Origin: Octopus sinensis
Taxonomy: Eukaryota
Assembly (NCBI RefSeq): GCF_006345805.1
Contig: NC_043001.1
Span: 75,392,001 to 75,456,000 of the forward strand
DNA: 64,000 nucleotides
Direction: 5' to 3'
The position numbers and the translations under genes were made by a program. Below the pieces are notes generated by a model. It ran no database searches. It worked only from the letters and a program-made list of their open reading frames with translations, and had not been told where the DNA came from. Shown piece after piece: positions 13,040 through 25,328 of this stretch (position 1 is its first letter; each line of letters starts with the position of its first letter).

Positions 13040-13700
13040 ATCTTACGATAATGGGCTTTATGTCCGTCCGCTCGTCTGTCTGTCTGTCTGTTCCCTCTTC
13101 ACGGTCAAATGGCTGGACCAATGGTCACAATGTTTTTCAAGGATTACGAAGGTGGTGAACATGAAGTATTTTATCGAAAGAAAAAAGAAAAGTGAAAGAG
13201 TATTATTTAATGGATATTAAGTTTTGCATTAATAAAGCCTTTGATTTTTTGTTAAAATACCGGCGACGAAGATTAACTCTGGAATCCCCCGCCCACCGTA
13301 TAGTTCATGAATTTAGAGGGTTTAGATTTGCGATACTATCCCTATGTTTCCCATTGTAGATGGGCAGATTTGCTATCTTACTATAATGGGCGTTATGTCG
13401 TTTGTCTGTCCGCCTGTCCGTCTCTTTGTCTGTTCCCTCTTCACTGTCAGACGGTTGGACCAATGGTTACGATATTTTACGGGATTACAAAGATTGTCGC
13501 CAGGAAGGCTTTTAACGTTAAAAACCCCGAAAGTATGATTATTTCGTGGATATCGATTTTTGAATTGATGAACCACCCACAAATTTTTATTAAAAATTCA
13601 CCGACCACGAATAACTCTGGATTTTCATCGTATAGTTCGTGGCCCCGTCGTAGATACGAATGAGGTCGCAAAGACGGTTAATAGCGAAAATAAAATGGGA
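13040..13700 (+). repeat. Two tandem diverged copies (starts near 13040 and 13375) of a repeat beginning atctta..ataatggg with ctgtc runs; Helitron-like 5' end
   Basis: Shared segments ctgttccctcttcac.gtca..gg.tggaccaatggt and taactctgga..cgtatagttc. The Helitron label is inferred from the A|TC start only. Confidence 0.5.
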
Positions 13701-14549
13701 AAATGCGTGTCAATATATAGTGTGTGTGATTATTTAATGGTCATCGAAGTGTGTCAATCTCGAGCAGGATTCGAAACGGCTTATCGAAGCGGCAATTGTT
13801 TCCATCTCAATTTTGTCAATCAAAATAACTCATTGTACCAGCACATCCAGACATTATTCGCATAGAACAGGGAGAGGTAAGTCTTAGCTTGATTTTTTGC
13901 AACCCTAAAGAACCCGCTCGCGCATTCACAACAAACAAGGTATAGGGCCAGACTTTAGATTGTGTAGGTGTATTTTTACCCACTCTGATGTTTACACACG
14001 ACCAGTTATATGTCGCTATGAGTAGAGCAACGGAATCCAGTAATTTGAAAATTAGTGTCGATCAAACAGAAAATATCGTCTACAAAGAAGTTTTGTAATC
14101 ATATTGATATAATCGATAGGAATATGATTCATGATTTAAATAAGAAAATTTGTGAACTTTGAATGTATAAGAGTATAAACAAGCATAAAATAGTGTAAAT
14201 AACTAAAATAAAAGTATATCTAAATAGTATTTGCTTCTTAATATTTTTTATGTAGTGATCGAAAGAAGGTCTGGCTTTCATTAGGAGTAGTCTAAATAAA
14301 CATTCATGATACAGAGGCTGGGAGTCTATTTCTTTTCGGGAGTGAATCGTCATCACATGTCACTTAGTTGCAAACACGATATAAAACTGCAACAGAATGC
14401 TGTATCACCAATAATAATGTGATTTCTCTAAGACATCACCCAGTAATCTATCAAGTCCACTTACACATTTCTCAACACATACTGCTGTTATGACTTCCCT
14501 CCCTCATTTTATGCCTCCATCGTAGATGGGTAGATTTGCTAATAATAGT

Positions 14550-14764
14550 GATGGTTTAAAATTTTGGCACAAGCCCAGAAATTTTGGAGCGGTTGAAAGT
14601 CGATTATAGCGACCCCAGTGTCCAACTGCTACTAATATATCGAACCCAAAACAATGACTGGCGAAGCCGACCTAGGCGGTATTTGAACTCAGAAGGTAAA
14701 GACGGACGAAATGTCGCTAAGTAACTTTTTTCGACGAGTTAGCTAGTCTGCCAATTCACCGCCT

Positions 14765-14765
<1 letters not shown>
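14550..14765 (-). mobile_element. Family C SINE abutting a (TAG)n array
   Basis: Family core aagccgacctaggcggtatttgaactcagaa; (TAG)n at about 14765-14846. Confidence 0.75.
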
Positions 14766-14847
<82 letters not shown>

Positions 14848-15739
14848 ACAAAAACAGTAATACTACTACTACTAATAACAACAACAACAACAACAACAAT
14901 AATAATAATAATAATGATAATAACTGGTATCATGTAGAATCAATGTTAGTTCAAGAACTTTAAGATTCAACTTTTGAAATATCCAAGAGGATAGGTTTCG
15001 TTGTAGAACAGAACTTTATCATCATTACTAAAACATATGAAACATATGAACATATGAACATGTAGAACAGAACTTTATCATCATTACTAAAACATATGAA
15101 CCAAAAATGTCGTTATAGGAATAAGAACAGAACGAATAATTATTATTTATTCTGAATTTGTCAGAGATCAGTTGACAAGAATCTGTAAGAAAGCTGGTCA
15201 TTCCCATATAGATAATAGAAAATATCGCTTACGTCAAATTTGATCTTATGACTCTAGACCTACCACATCAGCATTTTAAACATGCAGGAATATATAGATG
15301 ATAGTAAATCAACTACACTCAGCTTAATGATATTATGGCCTGGAATTATACAATACGTGACCCTGTTTCTAAGCATTTTTCCGATAATTCCAATTTGAAC
15401 AGCAAACTTGTAAATGATTTATACATAAGAGAAGCAAGAGAAAGCTGACAAATCTGCAAGTGGGTGTTTTGAAACGCTAACGAAGAACAGCCTCGTCGTA
15501 TTTAGTGTTTTTATTTAGGTTGTATGCTCGAATATGTTTACACGTGTTCTATCGGCTCTCTGTATCATTCCATAATATTCATCGGGGTGTTTCGTCTCTT
15601 TCTCTACCACATTTCGCCTCATTCATTGTTACACACCCACCACACAGTCCAGTCCTGATGCTGAGTGGTAGTTTGCGTACCTCAATGACCCCCCCCCCCC
15701 CACCACCACCACCACTCTACTGCGAGCTATGCCAACAGA

Positions 15740-16090
15740 ACTCAGGTTCCTGGTAGGGTTTTTCGTGCTGATCAGGTCAAAATTTAGAGGTCAGACGTAT
15801 ATGAATCACATCTTTCCAGAAGTAGAGGAGATGGGTTTGCGTAGACCTAACAACCTTACTTAGAAATGAAGCAAAGTAAAAGCATTGATAGATAATAATT
15901 GAAAAACAACGAGACCTCAGAGAAGAAAGCTTTCCCCAATGGAAGCTTAAGACTCAGAGCAGAAAAATTTGAAAGGGTCTTGCAAGGAAGCAAGGATCCA
16001 ATGTATAGGAAGCAGAAGAGAAACCCTAGAAACGAGAACAGTGGAGAGAAAATTATCGATAGCCTACGCTCTACAGGGAGCGAATGGCGA

Positions 16091-16166
<76 letters not shown>

Positions 16167-16167
16167 C
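15740..16167 (+). mobile_element. Possible RTE-like LINE 3' end with (TAG)n tail
   Basis: Degenerate GKRKR-RPRN-like and DSLRSTGSE segments directly followed by (TAG)n. Confidence 0.4.
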
Positions 16168-17059
16168 ATACCTCATACATTTTCATCTAGATTTCTCTTT
16201 TTTTGTTATGAAGTATAATGATGCTGAATCAGCCTACATCATTTTAAACACGGACTTCAATCATAAACCAACCACTCATTGTTTCCATCTTATTTTTGTA
16301 TCTTTAATAAAACAAAAAATTCTTCTTTAGACGTATAATATGGCCGATGTAGATACAGAAGATATTAAAGAATTTCATTCTCTGCTGTTATCGAAATAAT
16401 CAGTCCAATATTGATCCCATTATATTTCAAAAATGGTTAGACACTATCACTCATGAGGACTTGGCAAAGAGTATAAAGTATACTCTTCTCCCTTGCACGA
16501 AAGCTTCAATAGAGCATAAAAGGCATAGCTGTAATTTATATTTGTAAATAAGATCGTTGTTGATACATATTATTTCTGGCTCCTAATAGTGTTAGGATAC
16601 AATATTGTACAGTATTAGAACTCGAAACAGCTAATGCTTTTTACTCTGTTAATAGACTTACACACTCAGCATCACGTTCCTTTCTCACTGACGTCTTGAA
16701 AGACTAAATCATCACATTTGGATTCTTGAGCTGTATATTCAAATAATATGACTATCAGTTAGTGCTCGTCTAAGTCTCTCTTGCTTCAGCCTTTACATGC
16801 AGGAGTTCCACTGGATCCAGGTTAGAAGGACAATCATTGAAATATTGATCAAATAATTATTGGAACAATAGTTCTTTCAATTCATGTCTTTGCTGATCAT
16901 GAAAATATTGACAGTTAGGCACTAAACTTGTCGAAATTCAACTTGAAAAGGTTGGTAAAGATATCGAGCAACACTGTACGAAGGTAAACAAGCTTGAAGC
17001 TAGAAAAGGACTCGGAGAGCGCATACCTCCGCCAAGCAGCTCATTTCCACCCAAATACA

Positions 17060-17500
17060 CACATGCTGAAAATCGCCCAATTTCCCAAACCAACGCCGGC
17101 AAAAGCATAACCTTCTTGGCGGGGTTAAAAAAAAATAACACAGCCATATGATTTTTTAAAAAAAACCTTTAAAAACAGGAATCATCTGAAGCAGTTATAA
17201 TACATCAATGACAACAGCAAGCTAGTTTCACGTGTTTTCATGAGAGATGATCAAAGAACGTAACCTTGTAATACGTCAAGTAAAGTAAATATAACAAATG
17301 AAAAATTCTTCAAGAATCCATAAAAAATCTCGGATCACTACCAAAATTTCATCATCTGTTTCTTGTGTCATTACCAACTGTTCATGTAAGTTTCATTAAA
17401 TACCGTACACAACTTTTTGAGTTATTTTGCACAGAGACGGACAGACGGACACACCAACACCGATGAAAACATAACCTTCTTCCTTGGTGGAGATAATAAG
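17060..17500. repeat. Two termini of a Helentron/DINE-like non-autonomous repeat
   Basis: The motif aaa.cataaccttcttggcgg.gtta occurs at ~17100-17130 and, varied, at ~17465-17498, preceded by gacggacagacggaca. Confidence 0.4.
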
Positions 17501-17744
17501 TCAAAAAATGTTTAACATAGTCGCTACAGGAACAGGAGTTTTAGCTGCTTTGTTGTAACTCTTTCAAACGTAATTTCGTATCAAATGTTATGACACCATG
17601 ATATCAGGCGCTCGACAATTTCACGAGACGCCTTTATCGATATTCTGTTTCAATATGTGTGTGTATGTATGTATTTATATGTGTATGTATGTATGTATGT
17701 ATGTTTGTATATATGCGTGCAAACATACATACATACATTCATAC

Positions 17745-17775
<31 letters not shown>

Positions 17776-18225
17776 CATACATACATACATACATACATAC
17801 ATACATACATACATACATACATACATACATACGTATATACACATGCACACACACTCACACATATATTTATGTGAAGAAGGAGATGCAAAATTTATAAAAT
17901 GTTTTCATGCTACTTCAGCTATGTCATAACCGCTGAAGACCAAAACTGCAGTTGAAGTATCTATGTTTACATATATCGAACGTAGTTTCAATGGAATTTG
18001 CATCTGTGAGAACACCACTTCAATAAGAAAAACAAGAAGGTCGATCTGTAAAATATATTTCGAGTGTAAATTGTCTCCTGTGTTCGAATGTTTTTGTATA
18101 TTGTTGCCCAGAGTGAAATATGCTTGGTATACACACACACGGATACAGATACAAATAAACACGCGCGCGCACACACGCGCACACACACACACATACACAC
18201 ACACAAGAACACTTACACACACATA

Positions 18226-19077
18226 TGAGGGAGTACCCAAAAGAAACCGGAGCTTTCAATATTATGTTATTCACTTAGCTTTACGTTTACACATTTTTCG
18301 TGTTCAAAGTGTCTCCCTTTCAAACCATGCATCTGTCAAAGATACGTCTTCCACTATTCGAAACAGTGCTGGAACTCTTGTCAAGTGATGTCTTTTAACA
18401 CCTCCGTCGTTTTTTTCTCCACCTCTTCTACATCTGCAGATTCCGTAGCACCAGCTTTCATCAGCACTGATGATCTTCGAAAAAAAGGTCCAAGTCAACT
18501 TTCAGCTCACGATACGAATTCAGTCGTGATTGCTTTTGATCCTCCGTGAGCAAATGAAGCACAAATTTTGCTGCAACTCTTTTCATTCGTAATTCCTCAC
18601 TCAAAATCGTTGGCAGGAGGTCCAAGACACACCAGTTATATCAAGAAGCTCGTCAGTTGCTTGGTGATAGCCCTCCAAGATCAGTTCATGAATTTTCGTG
18701 ATGTTTTCATTCGCTCGGAAGACACGTGAATATTTCTAAAGCATGAAAACCACTCGTAAACTTGTGTTTAGCTCATGGCAGCGCCCTTGTAAGCTTTTTG
18801 AAGTATGACAACTGTTTTGGCCGCCATTTTCCCCAGCAGAAACAGAATCTCACGGAAACACGCTTTTCCACCGTTTTAGCCATTGAAAAATTGACGGACA
18901 GAGGAGAAATACTGCAAAACAAAGACGTACCACGTGACAGCACGACTTAAATGGACGACACAAGTTGGCAGATTGATGCTTGAGGATTTTTTCAAGTGGC
19001 TCCTAGCGGTGGAAGCCTAATCTACAACGAGTTTGTCCCACAGAGAACGTCTCCTGTTACTTTTGGGCATCCCCTCG
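18226..19077 (-). mobile_element. Internally deleted mariner (DD34D-type) with 27-bp TIRs
   Basis: TIRs tgagggagtacccaaaagaaaccggag / ctcctgttacttttgggcatcccctcg. Minus-strand remnants RFCFLLGK..QVYEWF, AKFVLHLL and KIISADESWCYG, then a jump to C-terminal EFQHCFE.WK. Confidence 0.88.
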
Positions 19078-19552
19078 TGTATGCATGTGCGGCTTGTATT
19101 TCTAAATAATTCTAATTATAAATTTACAAAATACAATTTAAAAGTAGTTGCCTCCGTAGGATTAGCTCACGCTGCCAAGTGTGGGGTGTATATTTTCCTG
19201 ATATTCACACATACGCACGGGAAACACGCATAAACATATATACACGCACGCATGTGAGAGTGTGTACATATGTGTGTGTATGCGTGGGCGCGCGTACGTG
19301 TGCTATTGCATGGTCGGCGATTAAATTAGCAATAATTCCTAGTCTGTAAAGAAGATGGCTTTTGGGCACTCTACGAGAAGAATATCAAGGCCTGTCTAAG
19401 GGCAGGGGAACTCTGGAGGGTCAACGACCATCAATTCTCATGATATATATATATATATATATATTATTTTATTTTATTATATTATATTATCTTATATCAT
19501 TATAAGATTGTAAATAAAACGTGAAAATCAGAGAAGGTTGGAATTCCTTCTA

Positions 19553-19586
<34 letters not shown>

Positions 19587-19589
<3 letters not shown>

Positions 19590-20432
19590 GGTGTTTCAAA
19601 AAATTTGATATCATTTCGCAATCTAATAACTTTGCTAGTTCTTGTTCAAATGACTTCAAATTTTAACAGCATGTGTAGAAACAGGTCAAAATTGTTTGAT
19701 ATGTTTATCTTTTCAGGTATAGAAAAGGCATTCATCGGAAGAAAAAATGTATTTTGTTTGTTGGAGTATGCTTGAACACAGTCAAACAACACTGTGCAGC
19801 ATGCATTTGTGAGAAAGTTCTCTAAAAAGTCACCAACGGCAATGCAGGTTTGGACATGGCGCAAAAAATTCAAAGAGGAATGTTATCTGTACACGGCAAA
19901 AGGATTTGGACGATTGCTAACACCGGATGAAACAGTCGAGCGGGTTCGCCAAAAACTCATGCGAAGCCCCAAGAGGTCCATAAGAAAATTTGGTGAGTCC
20001 TGAGGAAACGCTTGCTAATGATACCCTACAAGTTGCAGCTCGTTCAGGCCATAACGCAGATGACAAGCGAAAGCGCAAAAATGGGGCTATGTGAAGGGCC
20101 TGGTCTATGTCCCCACTCTTCCTGCAAACCTAGAGGAACTCGAGCAGAGAATCACTACCGCACAGGAAACTGTTAGCCAAGACATGCTGCAACGTGTTTG
20201 GGAGGAGCTGGACTACAGACCTGACGTGTGCCGTATCTCAGGCGATGCTCATATTGAACATTTATGAAATCGTTCGTGGAATCCACATGCCTTTGAATTT
20301 CTCATTCAAATTTGAAAGAATAAATCTTATGTTGCTCAGCATTAAGCCTGTTTAGTTTCATTTGCTTTGACTATGTAGTTTCTGTGATATTTACATTTCA
20401 AATGATACCAAATGATGTTTTTAAACATCCTG
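19587..20432 (+). mobile_element. Internally deleted Tc1/mariner-superfamily element (DUF4817-like N-terminus) in a TA microsatellite
   Basis: Imperfect TIRs cacggtgtttcaaaaaa / tttttaaacatcctg; FCLLEYA..VQHAFVRKF..WRKKFKEE and C-terminal LEELEQRIT..DMLQRVWEELDYR.DVCR. Confidence 0.8.
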
Positions 20433-20492
<60 letters not shown>

Positions 20493-20534
20493 CAATAATA
20501 ATTCTCTAAATGAGATATAGACAGTAACTGCTCC

Positions 20535-20682
20535 ATAACATAAGGGACTAAAGTCATCTGAATATGGCTAGGGACAGGGCAGGGTGGTGGGGGTGTCGCC
20601 TGGGGCTAAATGCAACAGTAACACCCCCACCACCCTGCCCTGTCCCTAGCCATATTCAGATGGCTTTAGTCCCTTATGTTAT
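20535..20682. repeat. Near-perfect 62-bp inverted repeat with a 24-nt loop
   Basis: Arms 20535-20596 and 20621-20682 differ at one position. Confidence 0.97.
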
Positions 20683-20689
20683 ATATATA

Positions 20690-20758
<69 letters not shown>

Positions 20759-21057
20759 GCAAGATAGATAGAGAGATAGAGAGATATGTACGCGCACACA
20801 CACACGCATGTATATATATGCGTGAAGGTTTAGATATGTTTGTCCTGGTACTCAGTTACAAGAGTGAGGTTGCTCTCTAAGCCTTGGCAAAGGCAAATGA
20901 CCCAGGAGATAGAGAACTCTAAAGATATATGAGTCATATAGTTCATTCAGTTTGTGGTAAATATTTGCAATGACTTTGATGCTATCAGCATCTCTAAAAA
21001 GCGTATCTGATTCTACAAAAGCCTTCACCACTGAAAACAAATGACATTTACAGGTAG

Positions 21058-21199
21058 AGTACATTGGAGAATGTTTTAGCCGAATGAATCGACCTCAGTG
21101 CTTATATTTTCAGAGCTGGGTACTTATTCTATCGGCCACTTTTGCCGAACCGGTAAGTTACGGGGAGTAAGCATAAAAGTTCCGATTGTCAAGCGGAGG

Positions 21200-21255
<56 letters not shown>

Positions 21256-21300
21256 GCGCGCACACACATACACACACACACACACACAGATACACACAAT

Positions 21301-21332
<32 letters not shown>

Positions 21333-21495
21333 AACACACACACACAACGAGATTCTTTCAGTTTCTGTCTACGAAATCCACTCACAAGGCTTTGGTCAAC
21401 CTGAGGCTATAGTAGAAGAAACTTGCCCAAGCTGCCACGCAGTAGAATTGAACCCGGAACCATGTGATTGGGAAACAAGCTTCATAGTCATACAT
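21058..21495 (-). mobile_element. tRNA-derived SINE (family D) with an internal (CA)n
   Basis: Head catggttccgggttcaattc and core gccttgtgagtggattt..gaaactgaaaga, shared with 41273-41732 and 62015-62175. Confidence 0.8.
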
Positions 21496-22389
21496 ACATA
21501 ATACATAAATAAATACATAACTGTGCACATATACACACACATACACATAAACATATATGTATGTATGCATGCATCTATGTATGACTACCTAACCGTCACT
21601 CGCAAGATTCTTTGATTTGATACAATGTAGAATGCATCCGTTATTTTTTTCATGTCTTCATGCAGTCGCAAGCGGATACAGTCACAGTTCGTTCCTCCCA
21701 ATCTGGTTCCAGTAGAACGTCCAGGATGTGACGGCTGAAAGAAATGATGGTTACTCCAGCATAAGCTGGTACTCATTTAAGTTTAATACCCTGGAGCAGC
21801 ATGAAATAAGTTTCCAGCTGAAGACAGCAACGCGCACCTAATCTATGATTATAAGTTTAACACCATTACCAATAAGCTACGCAAAGAACTAAATTATAAG
21901 ACAGAAAATATTTCGTTTTCTTTTTCTCTAATATTACTTCAGAGTAGTGAATGATGTAGAATTTCCGTGTAAGAATAGGATCGAAGCCGTTATATGCGTT
22001 TCTAAATGCCCGTGTTTTATATAATGCGAACCATCTAATTCTGGTTGTTTCTTTTTAATACGAAGGCCTCCAAATATGTTTGTAAAGTGCTGTGATAATT
22101 ACTACGTAGCGGTGATGACTAATCCGTTTCTTGAAAGATTTCTCTGTAAGCACCAATAGTTTGTTGATGTGTTGCTGGTTTTGTCAACAAGAAAGCACTA
22201 CAAGCAATTACAAAACATATTTCAAAGTAGAAGGATAAATTGGAGCCCTCTTAACAAAAACAATAGACACTGAGGTTCAATTGATTTAAAATGCTACAAT
22301 TCCTGTCTTAACGGAAACTTCAATACGATTCGCTACGTTAGATAAAAGTTTAGATAAATCCCAAAACAAAGTACTATCTACGGGACGAG

Positions 22390-22455
<66 letters not shown>

Positions 22456-22504
22456 TGTGTACAGTGCTCAGGTGCACTACAACTCATCTAAAGTGTATAT
22501 ATAA

Positions 22505-25328
22505 TCAGGTGTAGTTTTGGCGTATTTCGGAAAGCATGAGGGCCTTAAAGGATGCAGTGTCATGGCAGTCAACAACTGACGCAGGCAGTTTATTCCATGC
22601 TTCAGCAACTCTGAGCGTGAAAAAATGTTTCCGAAAGTCATGGGAGCTGTGTTGTTTTCTGACTTTGTAGGCATGTCCATGTGTGTTAGACACATGGAGA
22701 TCAAAAAGGTGTTCAGTGTTGTTGTTGGTGAGGTGGTTGATAACTTTGTGGGTGTTTACCAAGTCCGTCGCCAGACGCCGGAGCTTCAGTGAATCCATGC
22801 CCAGGGAAACAAGGCGCTCAGAATATGGTAGGTGTCTGATGGAGGGTATGCGTTTGGTTGCACGTCTCTGGACAGATTCCAGGAGGTCAATGTTCTGAGC
22901 AAGATAGGGGTTCCAAACTGATGATGCGAATTCCAAGTGTGGTCGTACCATAGATGTATACAGTTTTAAATAGATGGCTGGAGAGCGGCTAACAAAAGTT
23001 TTGCTGAGTGATGCCAAGACACCCTCGGCCTTCTTGACAATTTTAGAGATATGCTTTGTCCAACGCAAATCACTGCTGACAGTGATGCCTAGGTCACGCT
23101 CGCAAGAGGATTTCTTGATATCAGTGTTGTGGAGGGAGTATGTGGACGCAGGGCTTTTTTCTCCCAAAATGCATGGTGGTACACTTGTCCACAGCCAGTT
23201 TCAGTTGCCAGTCTGTGATCCATTGCTGCATTGTGTCTAGGTCTGATTGCAGGAAAGAGTTGTAGACATCAGTATCTGTCCTCTTGATTTCAAGGTACAG
23301 CTTGATGTCGTCTGCATATTTCAATACTGTGGCATTCTTTAAATTGGCATCTATGTCATTAATGTTTGCCACAAACAAGAGGGGACCAAGGACAGATCCC
23401 TGTGGTACACCCGATGACATCTCATATGGTGTAGAGTGCTGTCCTAGAACTGTGACTACCTCCTTTCGGCTGAGGATGAAGGATTTCAACCAGTTAAAAA
23501 GGTCATCCCTCACACCCATTGCAGAGAGTTTCACCATAAGCCTTTTGTGTGGCACAGAGTTGAAAGCCTTAGCAAAGTCAAGGTAGACAACATCCACCCA
23601 TGAGCCACTGTCAGTGATCTGAGTATTGTCCTCAAGGAACTCGACAAGCTGATCACTGCAGCTGGAGTTAGGGACAAATCCATATTGTGAGGGTCGGATG
23701 AGACTGTGAGAGCTCCAGAAGTTCCAGAGTGTTTCTCTGACACACCATTCCATCAGTTTTGCAATACAGCTAGTGAGACTGACTGGGCGATAGTTGACAG
23801 GTAATGTGCGGTCGCCCTTTTTGAACAGAGGAATGACACTGGCAGTTTTCCACTGCTCCGGAGTAGCACCATTGTTGAGACAGTACTGGAATAAAATAGA
23901 AAGCTGGTGTAAAAGGAAGTACTTGCCACGTTTGAGAAGCAGGTATGTAACTCCATCGAGACCAGGGGAGGCATAGTTGCGCTTATTTTGAAGGTGACGT
24001 CGCAGCATTGCAGGTGTAAATTCCATAGTTGTTATGGAATTTGCTGTTAGTGATGGTGAAGATGGTACATTTTGACTTTCAACAGTGATTATGTTTGCAT
24101 AGCACTCGGCAATGAGTTCTGCGCATTTCTTGGGATCGTCAGTGATCTGGTTTGTGTGAGGGTTGCGAAGAGGGCTCACTGGAGAGTGAGGTCTCTGCTT
24201 TGAATGCACATATTTCCAGAAAACCTTGCTGTCAGGATTGGCTGCTATGCACTGTTCAAATTCAAGCACTGCTTTTTTTGTCACTTGCTTGAGATGGTTG
24301 GAAGATTTATTTCGCTTCTTCCTGTTGGTGTCTGATTTATGCAACTTGTATTCCCGTTCAGCAGTCCGACGTTCCTTCCTGGCAAGTCGGACCGCTGAAG
24401 TTTCCCAAATTGCCCTTTTGGGGCGGTTCTTCTTTTTCTCTTTACGTGGCACTGATGCTGCACATGCTGCCCATATTGAGTCCAGGATACTCTAGAGTAT
24501 AGTATTCACATCTCAAGAGTTGTAGAATTCACGCCAGTTTGGGTGCTGTAGTTCAGTGTGGTACAGGTTCCAATCTGCTCTCTTCCAATCGAAGGAAGCA
24601 GATTGGAGATGGTTCAGGTTTTTGTTGCCAGCAAGAGCCAGATTGGCGATGATCATAGCATGATCAGAGTCACCTAGAGGTTCCTCCGTAGTGCAATTGA
24701 TAACCGCTTCAGGAGTTGTGGTGAAGAGCAGGTCCAAGGTTTTGTCGCCTCTTGTTGGAGAGGTGACTACTTGTGACCAGTTTGAGTCCAGTACAAGCTC
24801 AACAAAATCGTTTGCACTCTGTGGCCAATGGAAGGTTTCCCAATTGATATCAGGATGATTGAAATCGCCTGCAATAAAAACATAAGTGGCTGTATTCCTG
24901 GCAGCAGCTCGGAGGATATTGCAAAGCTGTGTGTCCTGATGGTAATTTGGGGGACGATAAACAACGCCAAGCAGGAGTGTTGACATGGTCATACGTACGT
25001 CACAGAAAAAAACTTCTTGTGATTCGTTCAAATCGGCACAAGGAATTACCGAAAAATTTGAACGAACGTAGACCATCACACCACCACCACGGCGGTTAAT
25101 GCGGTCTTTACGGAAGAGGTTGTACCCCGTAATGTTGAAAACCCCATCACAGAGTAAGGAATGCGCCCATGTTTCCGTGACAGTGATGAAGTCAGGGTCA
25201 ATACTTCTGACGTAGGCGTTGAACAAATGTATTTTGTTGCATAAACTGCGAGCATTTAAGGACAACAATTTGTACCCTGCTCGCAGTTTATGATGGTGTG
25301 TAGAGGATGGCAGGTTGTTCTGGCTTAG
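22505..25328 (-). pseudogene. LINE ORF2 (APE endonuclease + reverse transcriptase) with two in-frame stops and one +1 frameshift
   Basis: SLNARS, VTETW, GDFNHP, DLLF, SDH (APE); SPGLDG, YRPVSLTS, YLDFAKAF, GVPQGSVLGPLLF, YADD (RT); CR1-type ESVQRRATK. Stops at 24513-24515 and 24492-24494; extra base in the T6 run at 23155-23160. Confidence 0.92.

Noticed and set aside
17925-17965. CTGAAGA..GAAG as a hammerhead
   Set aside because: GAAA and all three stems are unsupported.
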